Part shown: positions 12,743 to 23,526 of the stretch, one piece after another
Layout of the letters: each line of letters starts with the position of its first letter
Position numbering within the stretch: the stretch's first letter is position 1
NCBI GenBank assembly: GCA_043228905.1
Contig: JBHGNT010000013.1
Location: 13,454,001-13,518,000, forward strand
Length of the DNA: 64,000 nucleotides
Direction of reading: 5' to 3'
Source of the DNA: Azolla caroliniana
Lineage: Eukaryota; Plantae; Polypodiophyta
The notes under the pieces: generated by a model
Databases searched by the model: none
Seen by the model: the letters and a program-made list of their open reading frames with translations, nothing else
Told to the model about the DNA's origin: nothing
Translations under genes and position numbers: made by a program

Positions 12743-13335
12743 AAAAAGAATATTGTGTCTTATGCTATTATAATGTATGTATCTCTTATTGTGTGTTATG
12801 CTATTATAAGTACTTACCTTCCATTGCCCTTCAAATTTCGTGCAATACTACCCTCAATGAATGTGATGGGGGCCAACAACTTTGCAAAAGTATTTTCTCT
12901 TCGTGGCAACAGAACTCGTAGAGTTCCAATGCTCACTCTGCATTCACCACCAAAAAAAGAATATTGTGTCTTATGCTATTATAATGTATGTATGTTGTAT
13001 TGTGCCTTATACTATTATATAAGTACTTACCTTCCATCATTGCCCTTCAAATTTCTTGTATCCTTATTCTTGTTGTTGGTCACAATTACCCTTCGTGCAA
13101 TACTACTCTCTAGGAGTGTGATGGGGGCGTGTGATCTTGTCGTAGTACCATCTCTCCATGTGCTCACTCTGCATTCATCACCCAAAAAAGAATATTGTGT
13201 CTTATGCTATTATAATGTATGTATGTTTTATTGTGTCTTATGCTATTCTAAGTACTTACCTTCCATCGCCCTTCAAATTTCTTGTATCCTTATTCTTGTT
13301 GTCGGTCACAGCTACCCTTCGTGCAATACTACCCT
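12743..13335. repeat. Tandem repeat, ~210-230 bp, 3 copies
   Basis: aaaaaagaatattgtgtcttatgctatta...gtacttaccttccat...cccttcaaattt occurs at ~12743, ~12953 and ~13184. Confidence 0.9.
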
Positions 13336-13341
13336 TTGGTA

Positions 13342-13720
13342 GTATGAAGGGGGTATTGGAAGGTCGCTTCTACACTTCCCTTAACAACTCTTCTTTCTCG
13401 GATCTCGCGATGTCAATATGCTTTTGCATTACCTCTTTACTCTCGAGCTTCGCCATCTCTTTCCGAAGATCAGCCTCTTGCTCTTTCCGAACCTGCACTT
13501 ATGTCTGTAATGCTGCAATCTGAGCTTTGAGCCCGCGAATCTCTATAGCTTTCTCTTTGACATGGATTTGCAAAAACAAGTTATCATCCGAAAGGCGTTT
13601 ATTGAGCTCGGAGAACTTCTTCACATCTTGATCTAATGATATCATCTTGGCTTTATCTTCTTCAGACACCAAATCTGTTTTCAGGACCTTGGCCTCGAAT
13701 TCAATGAGATCCATGTCTGA
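13342..13720 (-). pseudogene. Isolated coiled-coil-coding exon-like fragment with internal stops
   Basis: An acceptor-like gctttagctcag precedes MDLIEFEAKVLK..KAQIAALQT*VQVRKEQEADLRKEMAKLESKE. The sequence is heptad-like and has no companion exons. Confidence 0.4.
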
Positions 13721-13974
13721 GCTAAAGCACAGAGAGACAAATTTAGTGATTTGTTATGGACTCATCAATCTCAACCTTCATGTTTTAAACTATCCAATTT
13801 TTAAAATCTATGTGGTATTTGGATATCTCCAGGTATTTCTATTTATGAGAAAACAATCATTTAATAAATAGAAATGTATATGGCGATGGAAATGCATGGT
13901 AAATTAACTTTGCATTTAATAAAAAGCTTTAATAAATATAAATAATTATGGCGACAAATATGCACTTAATAAAT

Positions 13975-14672
13975 AACTTTGCATTTCCAGTAAAAAAGAA
14001 GAGAACCATAGATTTCAACAGAAATGCATGGTAAATTAGCTCTAAATTACATATCACAAGATTTAAAATATTGCATAATGCCCCTTCTAAACGTTTCTTG
14101 CAGTCCGCCATTATCATCATCTAAGATTCAACTTAACACATTTTGTTGGGGATAAAACACAGATATTCCAGCAAGATACAGGATTCTAGCTCAGATTCAA
14201 GACAGGACACTCACATTGGAAGAAGAAAATGTTGGCATGAAGGAAGGGGATGCATAAGAAATAAGAAGAAATACTTCTGAAATAAAAAGAAACAATGTAT
14301 CTGAAAAAAGAAGAAAATGCCTCAGAAAATGAAGATGGATATGCATGCCATGGAAATTGAGGTCACAAAAAACTGCCTATTTTGGCATATATAGACAATG
14401 CAACTTCCAAGTGAGATACGATCATTTTTTAGCAGAAATCGGAAATATGATCCACCTGCCATGGAAGCTGAAGTGTAATCTTCCTGATAACACCTATGTT
14501 AGCTTTGCATTTCTAGTAAAAAAGAAGAGAACCATGGATTTCGACGAAAACGCATTGTAAATGAGCTCAAGATTACTTATAAGATGATTTACAATATTGG
14601 CTGATGCTCCTTCTATGTGTTTCTTGCAGTCCGCCATCATCATCTAAAATTCAGCTTAACACATTTTGCTGC
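13975..14672. repeat. ~523-bp tandem repeat array, left part
   Basis: The landmark aaagaagagaaccat occurs at ~13996 and ~14521. The array resumes in register after the copia TSD at 21119. Confidence 0.9.
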
Positions 14673-16204
14673 GTATATGTAAAGAATCAAGAGATGGATT
14701 CTTGTGAAGCGGAAGAGATATGAGTTATATGTGTGTGTATGAGAGAGAGAGTGAGAGTGAGAGAGACAAGGAATAAGACACAGAGAATACGCAAGGTAAG
14801 AGTATATTAACAAAGGAGAAAGACTCAACATCATACAAGGTAGGAGGAGGGTGCTTTATATAGTCACCCTCTCTCTTCATTAACTACAAGACTCATGGAG
14901 CATGGGGAATGTGAAAGCTCATAAGTTATGTGTCATAGAATATGATTCTATGACTCATACTAAATGCTAGAATACAAAGTGGTCACTTAATGGTGACTCT
15001 TGACCGTTGGAGTGTCTATTCACTCTCAAGGTGAGTTCACACACTAGACCAAGTTGAGCTTGATTCTCAACATGCCCCCTCAAGCTCAAGTCGGGTCGGT
15101 TTTAGACGGTATCCAAAATACGCTTCGACTCGCGTCGATTCACATTTATGCGGAGTTGTGGAATCCGTGCTCTAGCTTGTGTTGTGCGTAGTTATGAAGT
15201 CTGTGCTTCCACTTGCGTGCGTAGTTGCGAAGTCTGTGCTTCGGCTTGCATCTTTCTTCGCGGCTTTGCGCGGTAGATCGGCTCTTCGCGGTTTCTTTGC
15301 GTGGTTGCGGAATCTACGCGTTATTGCATAGTGTCTTCAGTACTCCCCCTCAAGCTTGGCAAGTCAGGGATCGTCAATCCGAGATCGGTCATGAATTGTC
15401 ATAGCTTGTCGGCTCCTAAGGCTTTAGTGAAGATGGCGGCTGTTTGAAGATTGGTGTTAATGTGTTGGATGAAGTGATAGTGCACTTCGATGAATGCGCT
15501 CTCGGATGAAGTGATAGTGCACTTCGATGTGCTTTGTCTGTGCGTGGAACACTGGGTTCCGAGCCAGATAGATACTGCTCATGTTGTCGCAGTAAAGGGA
15601 GGTCGGATCCTTGATGGGTATGCCCAGATCCTTCAAAATCCTCGTGAGCCATACGGCTTCACACGCTGTCGTGCCTTTCGGCTCCGGATCGTTGCGTGAG
15701 TCGGGTGGGAACCGCTGGGGTTTTGGACTAGGAGGAAGAGGAATAATTTAAGGCGATTTTAATTATGTATAGATTATTAGAAGCTTGTGAATCCCACAAG
15801 TATTACGTTAATCAATATTTATGTAAGAATATGAATTTAGATTGAAAGAGATAGGTTATATAAAACTTCGTGAATCCCACGATTATATTAATTGGTGTTT
15901 TTAGGAAATATATCCAATTTCCCAAATATTTTTCACACACAATTACATTGTGCTTCCCATCCTTATGTAGTGATGAGGAAGTCTTAGTAATCCATGCTTT
16001 TTCTCTAACTATAGACCCCATGCTTTTCCTATAGATAGACTATATGCTTTATCTAAAGTGATCATGCTTTTTCTAACTTGTGCGTTTTTTATCATGCACG
16101 CTAGATGTGTATGTGTAGCTTTTTCTTTTGTTATGCGTTTTTCTAATGTTTATCCTAGCGTGAATTTACCTTTCTATGTGGGACATCTATGCTTTAACAC
16201 TAAT

Positions 16205-16291
16205 GAAATGCTAGTGTAATGGTAAGACATTACATTATTAACATGGAGGTGCAAGGTTCGAATCTTGCCCTATGCATGTTCCATTTATTTT
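16205..16291 (+). promoter_or_regulatory. tRNA-like Pol III cassette (A box, B box, T-run) inside the LTR, with a second copy at ~18998-19085
   Basis: A box TAGTGTAATGG at 16212-16222 and B box GGTTCGAATCT at 16255-16265, at tRNA-like spacing. D-, anticodon- and T-arm-like stems are present, with TTTT about 20 nt downstream. Confidence 0.6.
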
Positions 16292-16366
16292 GCTATTTTC
16301 TTCTATTTCTTCATTTTTTATTGAATCTAATACTATATACGTTTTTCACGTAGTGTACAAAATACA

Positions 16367-18400
16367 CTACGACACTCGCCCCCTCCAAACCCGCACATCC
16401 TCCGGTATGTGCCGAAGTTGTTGGTGTTTGTTAGTCTCCTCCGTCCGGTCTCTACCCGATTGGTTTCGTTGCCGGCTCGTAGTACCCTCGACTTCTCTTG
16501 TTATGTTGACTTTGTCTCTCCATTTGGAGCACATCCATTCTTTCCACCCGAACCATTGTCGACATCCGATCCACCATAGTCTTCGTTCGCTTTTTGCATG
16601 GCCCGCTTGGTCCTTGTCATCCGCGGTAGTATCTTTTCTTGCCCTTTTTCTTTTCTTCATCAATCTCGACTTCTTTTCGGATTTTCGGTTTAGTCGGATT
16701 AGCTTACTTCCGATTCGGTCTCGTCGGATCGTCTTTCGTTTAGTTCGGCTTCCTTTCCGATTTGTATTCGGTCGATCCGGACTCGGTTGATCGGTTTTTA
16801 CCGATTCAGTGCTCTTTCGGGTCGGTTTCTTTTCTTTTCTTTTCGTCCGGATTTGCTTTCTTTTCTTCGTTTTCACCTGCCTTGTCCGGTTCGACTTTCG
16901 GCACTTCTTTCCGTTGTTCGCCACGTAGGTCCTCCGATATGTGCTCGTTGTTCGGTCCTCGTGTGGTTGTAATGCATGCTTCTTTTCTCGCCGTAGCGCG
17001 TGCTTCTTTATTCGCCATAACAAGCGTTTCTTTATTCGCCGTAGAGCGTGCTCTGTATTACGCGCTTCTCCCGTCGTAGACCCGACCTCCGCATTGTCGC
17101 ACTTTCTTTTAGATTGGAATTTCGGATGTATCATTTTCCATCCGAACCGACTTCCGACTTTACCTTCCTCGCCGCCATCTCCCGTCTCTCCGGTCTCACG
17201 TTGGTTCTCGGACACAACCGCCGAAGTCTCTAGATATTGTTGGCATGAATCCTCGGTATTACCTTCTTTCGTAGTTTCACCCTTAGCATTCTTCTCGGCT
17301 ATCTCTTCATCGTATTCGTCGGCTTCGACATTCGTTTTCTCTCCGCCACCTTCCGTCTCTTCGGTCTCACGTTGCCTTTCGATCGCAACCGCCGGAGTCT
17401 CTGGAATCAGTGGTGGGGAAGTCTCGATATGGCAATCCGCCATTGATTTGTCCATAGCCACCTCCGATTCGATTTCGTCTTTTGTGGCTACCTCCTTAAT
17501 CACATCCGCTTCACACTCTTTAACTGCATCAATTATGCAAACATCTATTATGCTTACCCCTTTTTGACCCGATGTCTCGGGCACTTGTATCCCGAAATTT
17601 CCTTCTACACTTGAATTATCGGCCTTATCCTTCGCCATCGTTCTTTCACAAGACGAGTGGGTGTCTTGTTCCACTCTTTCTCCCGTGGTACCATCATGTT
17701 GTATTTCGGCCTTCATATTGGCTTCATCGTTTTTCCTCAATCGACCATCCTTCATGGGCCATGTCGTTGTTGACGAGATTCTCAGCTTCCTTTCATCATG
17801 TCTTCGGCATACCCTTTCGACTTTGGCCCAATCTTCGGTAAGACCATTTGTACCTTCATCGTCTTCGAGTTCGATCCCGATGTCCATCCTTTCTTTTCGA
17901 TCGATCGATTTTACGAACATTAGGACTTTATCCTCTCCCACCAATCGTTGTTCTCGCTCCAAGAGTCGAGCAAAACGATGCTCGAACTCTAGGAACGCTT
18001 GCGTTGCACTTCGGTGAGTCTTCTCCGACGCCACCCATTCGTCGAATTCTCGTCGATCTCGTCCCGTCCATCTCTCATAGTCATATGCCTCCCGTAAAGC
18101 TTCTTCAAATGACCCCCATGTCGAGTTTTGTTGCCGTATCTTGTGGATTCTCTCTTGTAGCTCATCCGTGGCCACCCGATTGAAGGATGCCACTTGCAAT
18201 CCTTCCGGTATCCCACATCGTATCATCTCTGCCTTGTAGTCATGTAGATAGCGTGACAGATCGTTTCCGTTGAATTGTCCGTTTCGTTGTACGAGCCGCT
18301 TTACTACCGCCGTGATCTCCGACATCGCTCGTTGTTCTTGTAGCATCCGCTCGAACATCATCATCATCGTTATGCTCATTGCCTCTTGTTGATTCTCCAT
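16367..18400 (-). CDS. Gag-like protein with an acidic then Lys/Arg-rich low-complexity tail
   Basis: Uninterrupted ORF from just after the PBS into the 3' LTR. The N-terminus FNGNDLSRYLHDY..WGSFEEAL..EFEHRFARL..KVLMFVKSI resembles retrotransposon capsid gag. No PR, RT or INT motifs. Confidence 0.75.
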   Translation of the reverse strand: MENQQEAMSITMMMMFERMLQEQRAMSEITAVVKRLVQRNGQFNGNDLSRYLHDYKAEMIRCGIPEGLQVASFNRVATDELQERIHKIRQQNSTWGSFEEALREAYDYERWTGRDRREFDEWVASEKTHRSATQAFLEFEHRFARLLEREQRLVGEDKVLMFVKSIDRKERMDIGIELEDDEGTNGLTEDWAKVERVCRRHDERKLRISSTTTWPMKDGRLRKNDEANMKAEIQHDGTTGERVEQDTHSSCERTMAKDKADNSSVEGNFGIQVPETSGQKGVSIIDVCIIDAVKECEADVIKEVATKDEIESEVAMDKSMADCHIETSPPLIPETPAVAIERQRETEETEGGGEKTNVEADEYDEEIAEKNAKGETTKEGNTEDSCQQYLETSAVVSENQRETGETGDGGEEGKVGSRFGWKMIHPKFQSKRKCDNAEVGSTTGEARNTEHALRRIKKRLLWRIKKHALRREKKHALQPHEDRTTSTYRRTYVANNGKKCRKSNRTRQVKTKKRKQIRTKRKEKKPTRKSTESVKTDQPSPDRPNTNRKGSRTKRKTIRRDRIGSKLIRLNRKSEKKSRLMKKRKRARKDTTADDKDQAGHAKSERRLWWIGCRQWFGWKEWMCSKWRDKVNITREVEGTTSRQRNQSGRDRTEETNKHQQLRHIPEDVRVWRGRVS

Positions 18401-18416
18401 CTCCTTGCCACCCGCC

Positions 18417-18434
18417 TTCACGTCGGGTTCACCA
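18417..18434 (-). promoter_or_regulatory. Primer binding site for tRNA-Trp(CCA)
   Basis: The plus strand TTCACGTCGGGTTCACCA equals the 3' end of plant cytosolic tRNA-Trp plus CCA (recalled sequence). It lies 4 nt inside the 5' LTR boundary. Confidence 0.85.
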
Positions 18435-21123
18435 ACTGTGCCGTGCCTTTCGGCTCCGGATCGTTGCGTGAGTCGGGTGGGAACCGCTGGGGTTTTGGAC
18501 TAGGAAGAGGAGAGTTTTAAGGCTAATAAGAATATAAATATGTTGTAAGAAAGAGTTATAGCAAACTCGTGAATCCCACGAGTGTATTGTATTTGATTAA
18601 TCAATATGAATATAAGAATATAAATTTGGGTTGAAAGAGAATGATATAGAATCCTCGTGAATCCCACGAGTATAGTTTATTAATTGGTGTTTTTTAGGAA
18701 ATATATCCAATTTCCCAAATATTTTTCACACACAATTACATTGTGCTTCCCATCCTTATGTAGTGATGAGGAAGTCTTAGTAATCCATGCTTTTTCTCTA
18801 ACTATAGACCCCATGCTTTTCCTATAGATAGACTATATGCTTTATCTAAAGTGATCATGCTTTTTCTAACTTGTGCGTTTTTTATCATGCACGCTAGATG
18901 TGTATGTGTAGCTTTTTCTTTTGTTATGCGTTTTTCTAATGTTTATCCTAGCGTGAATTTACCTTTCTATGTGGGACATCTATGCTTTAACACCAATGAA
19001 ATGCTAGTGTAATGGTAAGACATTACATTATTAACATGGAGGTGCAAGGTTCGAATCTTGCCCTATGCATGTTCCATTTATTTTGCTATTTTCTTCTATT
19101 TCTTCATTTTTTATTGAATCTAATACTATATACGTTTTTCACGTAGTGTACAAAATACACTACGACAACGCAGCTACGACTGCACCCCTGTATTCTGCCT
19201 CTGTACTCGAAAGAGCGATGGTAGGTTGCTTCTTGCTACTCTAGGATATTGCTTCGCTGCCGAGGGAGAAAACAAATCCGGAGGTTGACCTTCTATCGGC
19301 TTTGTAGCCGGCCCAATCGGCGTTTGTGTACCCCTTGAGTCGTATTGGCATCGTGGTCTTGTAGAGGATGCCGCAATCCATTGTGCCGCAATCCATTGTG
19401 CCGCAATCCATTGTGCCGCAATCCATTGTGCCGCTCACGTATCGTAGAACTCGCTTAGCGCAATCCAAGTGAGTATCACACGGTGTTTGCATGAATTGGC
19501 TAAGGAGACCAACCGGATAACTGAGATCGGGTCGAGTGATCGTGAGGTAGATGAGACTCCCGATGAGTTGTCGATACTGAGTCGGTTCACACGCTTTGGT
19601 GCCGGAGTTCGCATCTAGTTTGAGATTGTGATCGAACGGAGTTGCTGCGGATTTGCACTCAGCCATTCCGAACTTGTATAACAAGTTGAGGATGTAGTGC
19701 CGTTGAGAGATCATGATTCTGGCCGGAGTCTGAATTACCTCGATGCCGAGGAAGTAGTGGAGCTCCTTCATGTCCGTCATCTCGAACTTGTAGGAAAGGA
19801 GGGATTTGACCTTATTGATTTCGACGAGGTGCTCACCTCCAATGACTAGGTCATCCACATATAAGATGATGACGATCGGACTTGCGGGAGGGAGTTGTCT
19901 GATTTTGACATACGGAAGCCGATTTGATGAAGATAATGCGTTATCTTCGAATACCAAGCACGCGATGCTTGCTTGAGGCCGTAGAGTGGCTTCTTGAGTC
20001 GGCATACAACTTTCGGATGGGTGCTCGAGTTGAAGCCGGGTGGTTGTATCATGTACACCTCCTCTTCTAATTCGCCTTGTAGAAAGGCGTTCTTGACGTC
20101 CATTTGATGGAGGTGCCACCCTTTCACCGCGGCAAGTGCAATTACAGTCCATACGGTCGTCATCTTTGCCACCGGGGCAAACGTCTCCTCGTAGTCAACT
20201 CCGTGCATTTGGGCGTAGCCTTTCGCTACGAGTCGCGCTTTGTAGCGGTTGACAGAACCGTTGATGTTGTGCTTCACTTTGTAAATCCATCTGCATCCGA
20301 TCGCCTTTTTGTGTGGTGAGGTGGGAACGAGATCCCATGTCTCGTTCTTGCGTAGTGCCTGCATCTCCTCGTTCATGGCTTCGATCCATCGCGGATCCTT
20401 GGCTGCTTTGGAAAAAGTTTCTGGCTTGCGTACTATCGCCACCTTCATCATAAAGGCGTAATGGTACGCCATATAATCGTTGTAGCCGAATCAGCTTACG
20501 GGGTTCTTTGCACGGGTGGAGCAACAGAGCTTTTCATTTGCAGAGATGAGGGCTTTCTTAGCTCCGATTGGTACATCCAAGCCGCCGAACTCACTGTCGA
20601 GTGAGTGAGTCGACTCATCGTCGTTGAAGCAATCGTCTGCGTATTCCGCCATTTTCGCCTTGCCTTTGTCCATCTTCGGGCTAGGCCATGATGTACTTTG
20701 ATCACTCAAAGGCTCGGATACCATGTAAAGAATCAAGAGATGGATTCTTGTGAAGCGGAAGAGATATGAGTTATGTGTGTGTATGAGAGAGAGAGAGAGT
20801 GTGTGTGAGACACAAGGAATAAGACACAGAGAGTACTTAAGGTAAGAGTATATTAACAAAGGAGAAAGACTCAACATCATACAAGGTGGGAGGAGGGTGC
20901 TTTATATAGTCAATCTCTCTCTTCATTAACTACAAGACTCATGGAGCATGGGGAATGTGAAAGCTCATAAGTTATGTGTCATAGAATATGATTCTATGAC
21001 TCATACTAAATGCTAGAATACAAAGTGGTCACTTAATGGTAATTCTTGACCTTTGGAGTGTCTATTCACTATCAAGGTGAGTTCACACACTAGACCAAGT
21101 TGAGCTTGATTCTCAATAGTATA

Positions 21124-23031
21124 AAAGACAAACATTTTTGAAAGATACAGGATTCTAGCTCAGATTCAAGAGAAGACACTAGCTCTGGTAGAAGAAAATG
21201 TTGGCATGAAGGAAGGGGATGCACAAGAAAGAAGAAGAAATACTTCTGAAATAAAAAGAAACAATGCATCTGAAGGAAGAAGAAAATACGTCAAAAAATG
21301 AAGATGGATATGCATTGCATGGAAATTGAGGTCACAAAAAACTACCTATTTCGACATGTATAGACAATGTAACTTGCATGTGAGATACGATCGGTTTCGA
21401 GCAGAAATCGGAATTATGATCCACCTGCCATGGAAGTTGAAGTGTAATCTTCCTCATAACACCTAGGTTAGCTTTGCATTTCTAGTAACAAAGAAGAGAA
21501 CCATGGATTTCGACGGAAACGAATGGTAAATGAGCTGTAAATTTCTTATAAGATGATTTATACTATTGGCTGGTGCTCCTTCTATGCGTTTCTTGCAATC
21601 CGCCATTATCATATGAAGTTCAGCTTAACATATTTTGCTTCGTATAAAACACAGACATTTCTGAAAGATGCAGGATTCTAGCTCAGATTCAAGAGAAGAC
21701 ACTCACCTTGGAATAAGAAAATTTTGGCATGAAGAAAGGGGATACACTCGAAAGAAGAAGAGATCCTTGTGAAATAAGAAGATACAATGTATCTGACAGA
21801 AGAAGAAAGTGGGTCAGAAAATCAAGATGGATATGAACGCCATGGAAATTGAGGTCACGAAAAGCTGCCTATTTTGGCATGTATATTCAATGCAACTTGC
21901 ATGTGAGATACGATTGGTTTCGAGGAGAAATCAGAATTATGATCCAGCTGCCATGGAAGCTGAAGTGTAATCTTCCTCGTAACACCTAGGTTAGCTTTGC
22001 ATTTCCAATAACAAAGAAGAGAACCATGGATTTCGATGGAAACTCATGGTAAATGAGCTCTAAATTACTTATAAGATTATTTATAATATTGGCCGATGGT
22101 CCTTCTATGCTTTTCTTGCAGTCTGCCATCATCATCTGAATTTCAGCTTAACACATTTTGCTGCATATAAAACACAGACATTTTTGAAAGATATAGAATT
22201 CTTGCTCATATTTAAGAGAAGACACTAGCATTGGCAGAAGAAAATGTTGGCATGAAGGAAGGGGATGCACAAGAAAGAAGAAGAAATACTTTTGAGATAA
22301 AAAAAAACAATGTATCTGAAAGAAGAAGAATATGCGTCAGAAAATGAAGACGGATATGCATTGCATGGAAATTGAGGTCACAAAAAACTGCCTATTTCGG
22401 CATATATAGACAATGCAACTTCCAAGTGAGATACGATCATTTTTTAGTAGAAATCGGAAATATGATCTACCTGCCATGGAACCTGAAGTGTAATCTTCCT
22501 CATAACACCTAGGTTAGCTTTGCATTTCCATTAAAAAAGAAGAGAACCATGTATTTCGACGGAAACTCATGGTAAATGAGCTCTAAATTACTTATAAGAT
22601 GATTTACAATATTGGCTGATGCTCCTTCTATGCGTTTCTTGTAGTCCGCCATCATCATCTGAATTTTAGCTTAACACATTTTGTTGCGTATAAAACACAA
22701 ACATTTCTGAAAGATACAAGATTGTAGCTCAGATTCAAGAGAAGACACTAGCATTGGCAGAAGAAAATGGTGGCATGAAGGAAGGGGATACACACGAAAG
22801 AAGAAGAGATCCTTGTGAAATAAGAAGATACAATGTATCTGACAGAAGAAGACAATGGGTAAGAAAATCAAGATTTATATGAACGCCATGGAAATTGAGG
22901 TCACGAAAAGATGCCTATTTCAGCATGTATAGACAATGGAACTTCCAAGTGAGATACGATCATTTTTTAGCAGAAATTGAAAATATGATCCACCTGGCAT
23001 TGAAGCTGAAGTGTAATCTTCCTCATAACAT
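21124..23031. repeat. ~523-bp tandem repeat array, right part (about 5 units including the left part)
   Basis: The landmark aaagaagagaaccatg recurs at ~21491, ~22013 and ~22537. Confidence 0.92.
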
Positions 23032-23526
23032 CACCATTAGTTTTAAGTGCAAGGTGAAAAAGGAATTGTGTTGTGCATTGCTAAGTGGTTTAGGTCATTA
23101 ATTAACTTAACACTTCGCAACGTTATTGGGACGAGCTTTTCAAAGCTATTGGGGAGTACAAAATGCTAGTAGAAAAAGAAACCCTTATTATTTTCCATAA
23201 AAGAAGCCCATTTTTAATGTGGTTTTATCTTCCCCCTCTTATTATTAGCACTTATTTAGGTTTTTTTTGTCTCTCACCTTTTTTTGCTAAATAAAAATGT
23301 GTTAAAATTTCATTATTTTTGGGGTATTTAACTTTGAAAAATACTGCTTGACAAAGTACCAGGCACTTATCAAGAAGTTAAGGGCTCTTAATTCCTAACA
23401 CATGTATCATCACTTATTCCCCAAATTCTACCGACCTTGCTTTTAAGATGATTTGACATCTTGAGTTTTGATGAATGTTCGAGTGAAATTTTTAGATGAA
23501 TTGAAAACTTCAAATGAGCTCACTAT

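Larger units (their letters stand above)
15667..19167 (-). mobile_element. Nested non-autonomous gag-only Ty3/gypsy-like LTR element (TR-GAG-like)
   Basis: TG..CA LTRs at 15667-16374 and 18439-19167 with 4-bp TSD ACGC. Removing it restores the copia RNase H frame VVAACEAVW. PPT GGAGGGGGCGAG at 16386-16375, a tRNA-Trp PBS, and a single ORF with no pol. Confidence 0.92.
14678..21118 (-). mobile_element. Ty1/copia LTR retrotransposon, internally deleted (RT-RNase H only)
   Basis: 395-bp LTRs at 14678-15072 and 20724-21118 with 5-bp TSD GTATA (14673-14677, 21119-21123). Met-type PBS TGGTATCCGAGCC at 20723-20711 and PPT GAGGGGGCA next to 15072. RT motifs KARLVAKGY, MDVKNAFL and LYVDD, then RNase H ADWAG..RRSTSG. 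Frameshifted. Confidence 0.95.

Noticed and set aside
16205-16277. Functional ochre-suppressor tRNA (loop centre TTA)
   Set aside because: The acceptor stem does not pair, the T loop is irregular and U33 is missing. It is tRNA-like only.
16272-18183. Plus-strand ORFs of 105-208 aa overlapping the gag ORF
   Set aside because: They are antisense shadows of low-complexity charged coding sequence and have no recognisable motifs.
14678-21118. Gag-only element inside an RT-only element acting as a complementing two-part system
   Set aside because: They belong to different superfamilies, the insertion breaks the RNase H, the RT is frameshifted, and neither supplies protease or integrase.
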